From Planctomycetota bacterium (GTDB lineage Bacteria; Planctomycetota; PLA2): a stretch of 64,000 bases of DNA. The stretch spans positions 2,908 to 66,907 of the forward strand of contig JAZFYD010000243.1 in assembly GCA_036443405.1 (NCBI GenBank), given 5' to 3'. The notes under the pieces are model-generated. The model ran no database searches and was not told where the DNA came from. It saw only the letters and a list, made by a program, of their open reading frames with translations. Below are positions 61,914-64,000 of the stretch, piece after piece (position 1 is the stretch's first letter; each line of letters begins with the position of its first letter). The position numbers and the translations under genes were made by a program.

Positions 61914-62258
61914 AGGAATTTGTTGCGGCTCTCCCCTATCGCTCTAACTCGTTTCGCACATGCCGGTTAGGTTGCGAGAATCCCCCTCGATTCGTTCCCG
62001 ATCCAGGGGGATTTGACCACGATCCTGCCCCGGGCAAATCTGGGCGCGCCTCCCACCTGGACGACTCCCCACGACCGCGGCGACGATCTAACTAACTGTG
62101 CTACAGGTACTTAGGAAGAACCTGCGCCCGAACGGCAGGCGCGCCGGCCTCGCTCTGTCTCAGGAGGGATCGGGCAAAAGCGCCCGGAAGGCTGGGCCAG
62201 CACGACGCTAGACGACCTAAGTCATGCTCCAGAAACGTCTTAGGAAACGAAAGCCGGG

Positions 62259-62762
62259 CTAGTTGGTGGTTGGATCAGCCGCGAGGCTGCCCTCGAGCAG
62301 GAGTGTCAACTCGTCCTGGATTCGGACGACCTCTTCCTCCTCGAGACGCGGGACACGGAGTTCGAATTGCTCGTCCTCTTCGTCGCCCGGCATCTGGATG
62401 GTCAGGACCTCGCCGGCCGCGGTACGCCGCGAATCGGTCTTCACCCGGCGCTTGCGTGCCAGGAGGAGCGTGAGGGCATAGGCCAGCCCCTCGCGCTTGG
62501 GGTCTTGCTCGCGCAGCACGGCTCGCAGGAACTCCCGGGCCAGGGCAAGATCGAGCTTGCGCTGCCCTTTGGCCTCCGGCACGGTCGAGACCCAATACGA
62601 ATAGATGTCTTCGGACGCTTCGAAGTGGTCCTCCAGAAGATCCCGGCGCACGAACTCGTCGCCGTTGAGCGAGATCACCGAAACAACGCGCTGCCCCGCC
62701 TCGAACGGTTTTCCGCTGACGGCGCACTCACGCGAACGGCCCGTGATCTTGTACTGGCTCAA
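62259..62762 (-). CDS. hypothetical protein
   Basis: 167 aa with coding-like composition. The TTG start has a strong SD, AGGAGAGG, 7 nt upstream. No recognizable domain. Confidence 0.5.
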   Translation of the reverse strand: MSQYKITGRSRECAVSGKPFEAGQRVVSVISLNGDEFVRRDLLEDHFEASEDIYSYWVSTVPEAKGQRKLDLALAREFLRAVLREQDPKREGLAYALTLLLARKRRVKTDSRRTAAGEVLTIQMPGDEEDEQFELRVPRLEEEEVVRIQDELTLLLEGSLAADPTTN

Positions 62763-62852
62763 GCTCTTTCCTCTCCTGCCGGGCCTTGGCGCTCCCGGCT
62801 CTTGGTCATCCTAGCTCGATTATTCACGAGGCGAGTGACGACAAGACGGGAC

Positions 62853-63686
62853 TCAACGCCCTGCGGCCATCAGCTGGCGCCGGGCCTTACCCGCCCGTTT
62901 CTGCACCGCCGGGTCCTCGTCTCTTAACAGCGCGTCCTGCAGGGGGCCGAGCCCGCGCGCGTCGCCCAACATGCCGAGGCCGGTCGCCGCGTCCGCCCGG
63001 ACCTGCCAGGACTTGTCCGTTCGAAGTAGCTTCACCAGCGTGGGCAGCGCCTCGCGTGAGCGGGTTTCGCCAAGCGTCAGGGCCACGAACCGGCGGGCCT
63101 TGGGGCCAAGGTCGTCCCGCTCGAGCGCCTTGAGCAGATAGGGCACCGACGGCTCGCCGATCTGGCCCAGCATGTAGATGCAGTCCTGCCGCGTCACGTC
63201 GTCGGTAATGAAGCGGCCGGTCCCGGTCGCGCTCTCGAGACCCTTGGACTGGATGGAATCGAGGATCATCAGATCCACCAACGGCTGCAGGATCGGTTCG
63301 GAGACGTGGCTTCCCACGGCGATGATGTTTTTTTGGACCCCGGCCAGTTCGCGGCCGTTCTTGGCGCGCCGGGCGTTGATCTGCATGTAGTAACGCATCA
63401 GCTCGCCGAAGAGCAGGAGCCCGGCCCCGGGGCTTCGCTTCGCGAAACTGTCGCGCTGTCTCGGCCAGCTAGGCGCGTTCTTTCGGTAGAGCTCCCAAAT
63501 CGCGGCGACATCGCGGCGGTCCGCTTCGGTGATTCGGATCTCACGGCTGCGGGTCGTTTTGGTCGCCGAGCGCTCCTGAGTCAGGCCCTTTTCCTGCTCC
63601 TTGATGCGGTCGGGGAGATCGGGTTCGCCGTCGGGGGTCGAGGAACACCCAACGAGCGCCAACAGGACGGCACAGATGGTTCGCAT
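62853..63686 (-). CDS. HEAT-repeat lipoprotein
   Basis: Lipobox LVGCSS. C-terminal PBS-lyase-type HEAT repeats (ARRFVALTLGE, WQVRADAATGLG, PAVQKRAG). Confidence 0.6.
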   Translation of the reverse strand: MRTICAVLLALVGCSSTPDGEPDLPDRIKEQEKGLTQERSATKTTRSREIRITEADRRDVAAIWELYRKNAPSWPRQRDSFAKRSPGAGLLLFGELMRYYMQINARRAKNGRELAGVQKNIIAVGSHVSEPILQPLVDLMILDSIQSKGLESATGTGRFITDDVTRQDCIYMLGQIGEPSVPYLLKALERDDLGPKARRFVALTLGETRSREALPTLVKLLRTDKSWQVRADAATGLGMLGDARGLGPLQDALLRDEDPAVQKRAGKARRQLMAAGR

Positions 63687-63809
63687 CCCGCTATTGTCAC
63701 CGTCGTTGCGTCACGCTTCCATCATCCGATCGCGGTCTGCCATCCGCCGCGGGATACGGGCCGGGCCGAGGCCATGTCGGCCGGGGTTGTGGTGCGCTAA
63801 ACTCCGCGC

Positions 63810-64000
63810 GTGGCCGGCTTCGTACACCTCCATGGACACTCCACCTACAGCCTTCTGGACGGCGCGTGCCGGATCGACAGTCTCGCCAAACGCGCCGCCG
63901 AGCACGGTGCGCCCGCGGTCGCGCTCACGGACCACGGCAACCTCTTCGGCGCGATCGAGTTCTACCAATCGTGCCGCAAGGTGGGCGTCAAACCGATCCT
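63810..64000 (+). CDS. dnaE: DNA polymerase III subunit alpha, partial (N-terminal PHP domain; continues beyond the window)
   Basis: The plus-strand translation from GTG at 63810 is (M)[62 protein letters not shown]. This is the DnaE PHP N-terminus. The ORF is not in the track because it has no stop within the window. Confidence 0.8.
   Translation, partial: MAGFVHLHGHSTYSLLDGACRIDSLAKRAAEHGAPAVALTDHGNLFGAIEFYQSCRKVGVKPI

Overview
This is a 64 kb, roughly 68-70% GC bacterial chromosomal window that is densely packed and mostly minus-strand coding. Many gene junctions show 4-nt start/stop overlaps (ATGA, GTGA, TTGA), and GTG/TTG starts are common. A partial aroC occupies the left edge. Next comes a prkA-yeaH-spoVR operon, preceded by two HEAT-repeat proteins, one of which carries a VWA domain. 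A PuuD-like amidotransferase and a GHMP kinase are divergent. They are followed by a RumA/RlmD rRNA methyltransferase, pgpA, smc, and an nrdR gene translationally coupled to a large NrdD-like protein. That protein has two ATP-cones and no glycyl-radical C-terminus. The middle of the window holds a metallophosphoesterase, yidC, radC, an LTD/PEP-CTERM protein, a TPR-metalloprotease-like gene, AMMECR1 with an OmpA-like lipoprotein, and a HAMP histidine kinase. A pilC-pilB-pilT-gspE cluster follows, in which both GspE ATPases carry tandem MshEN-like motifs. Further right are ppdK, yebC-moxR, hemD with an FHA protein, and rplM-rpsI. The right third is a long dcw cluster (mraZ-rsmH-ftsL-ftsI-murE-murF-mraY-ftsW-murG-murC-murB-ftsQ). 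It lacks murD, ddl, ftsA and ftsZ at their canonical positions. It is followed by two unknown proteins that are translationally coupled to ftsQ. The window ends with a partial dnaE. The non-coding space contains at least two families of dispersed repeats. One is a palindromic REP/MITE-like composite element present at six loci, one of them inside the 5' end of a CDS. A 560-bp gene-free region carries nested perfect inverted repeats, and yidC and radC are separated by a long CT/GA-rich hairpin. No rRNA, tRNA or CRISPR array was found. The features fit a Planctomycetota-like, FtsZ-less lineage, but the phylum cannot be proven from this window. There is an apparent 1-nt indexing discrepancy around 3.84-4.0 kb between the printed sequence and the ORF track. 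Gene ends were therefore anchored on the ORF track and starts derived by codon arithmetic.
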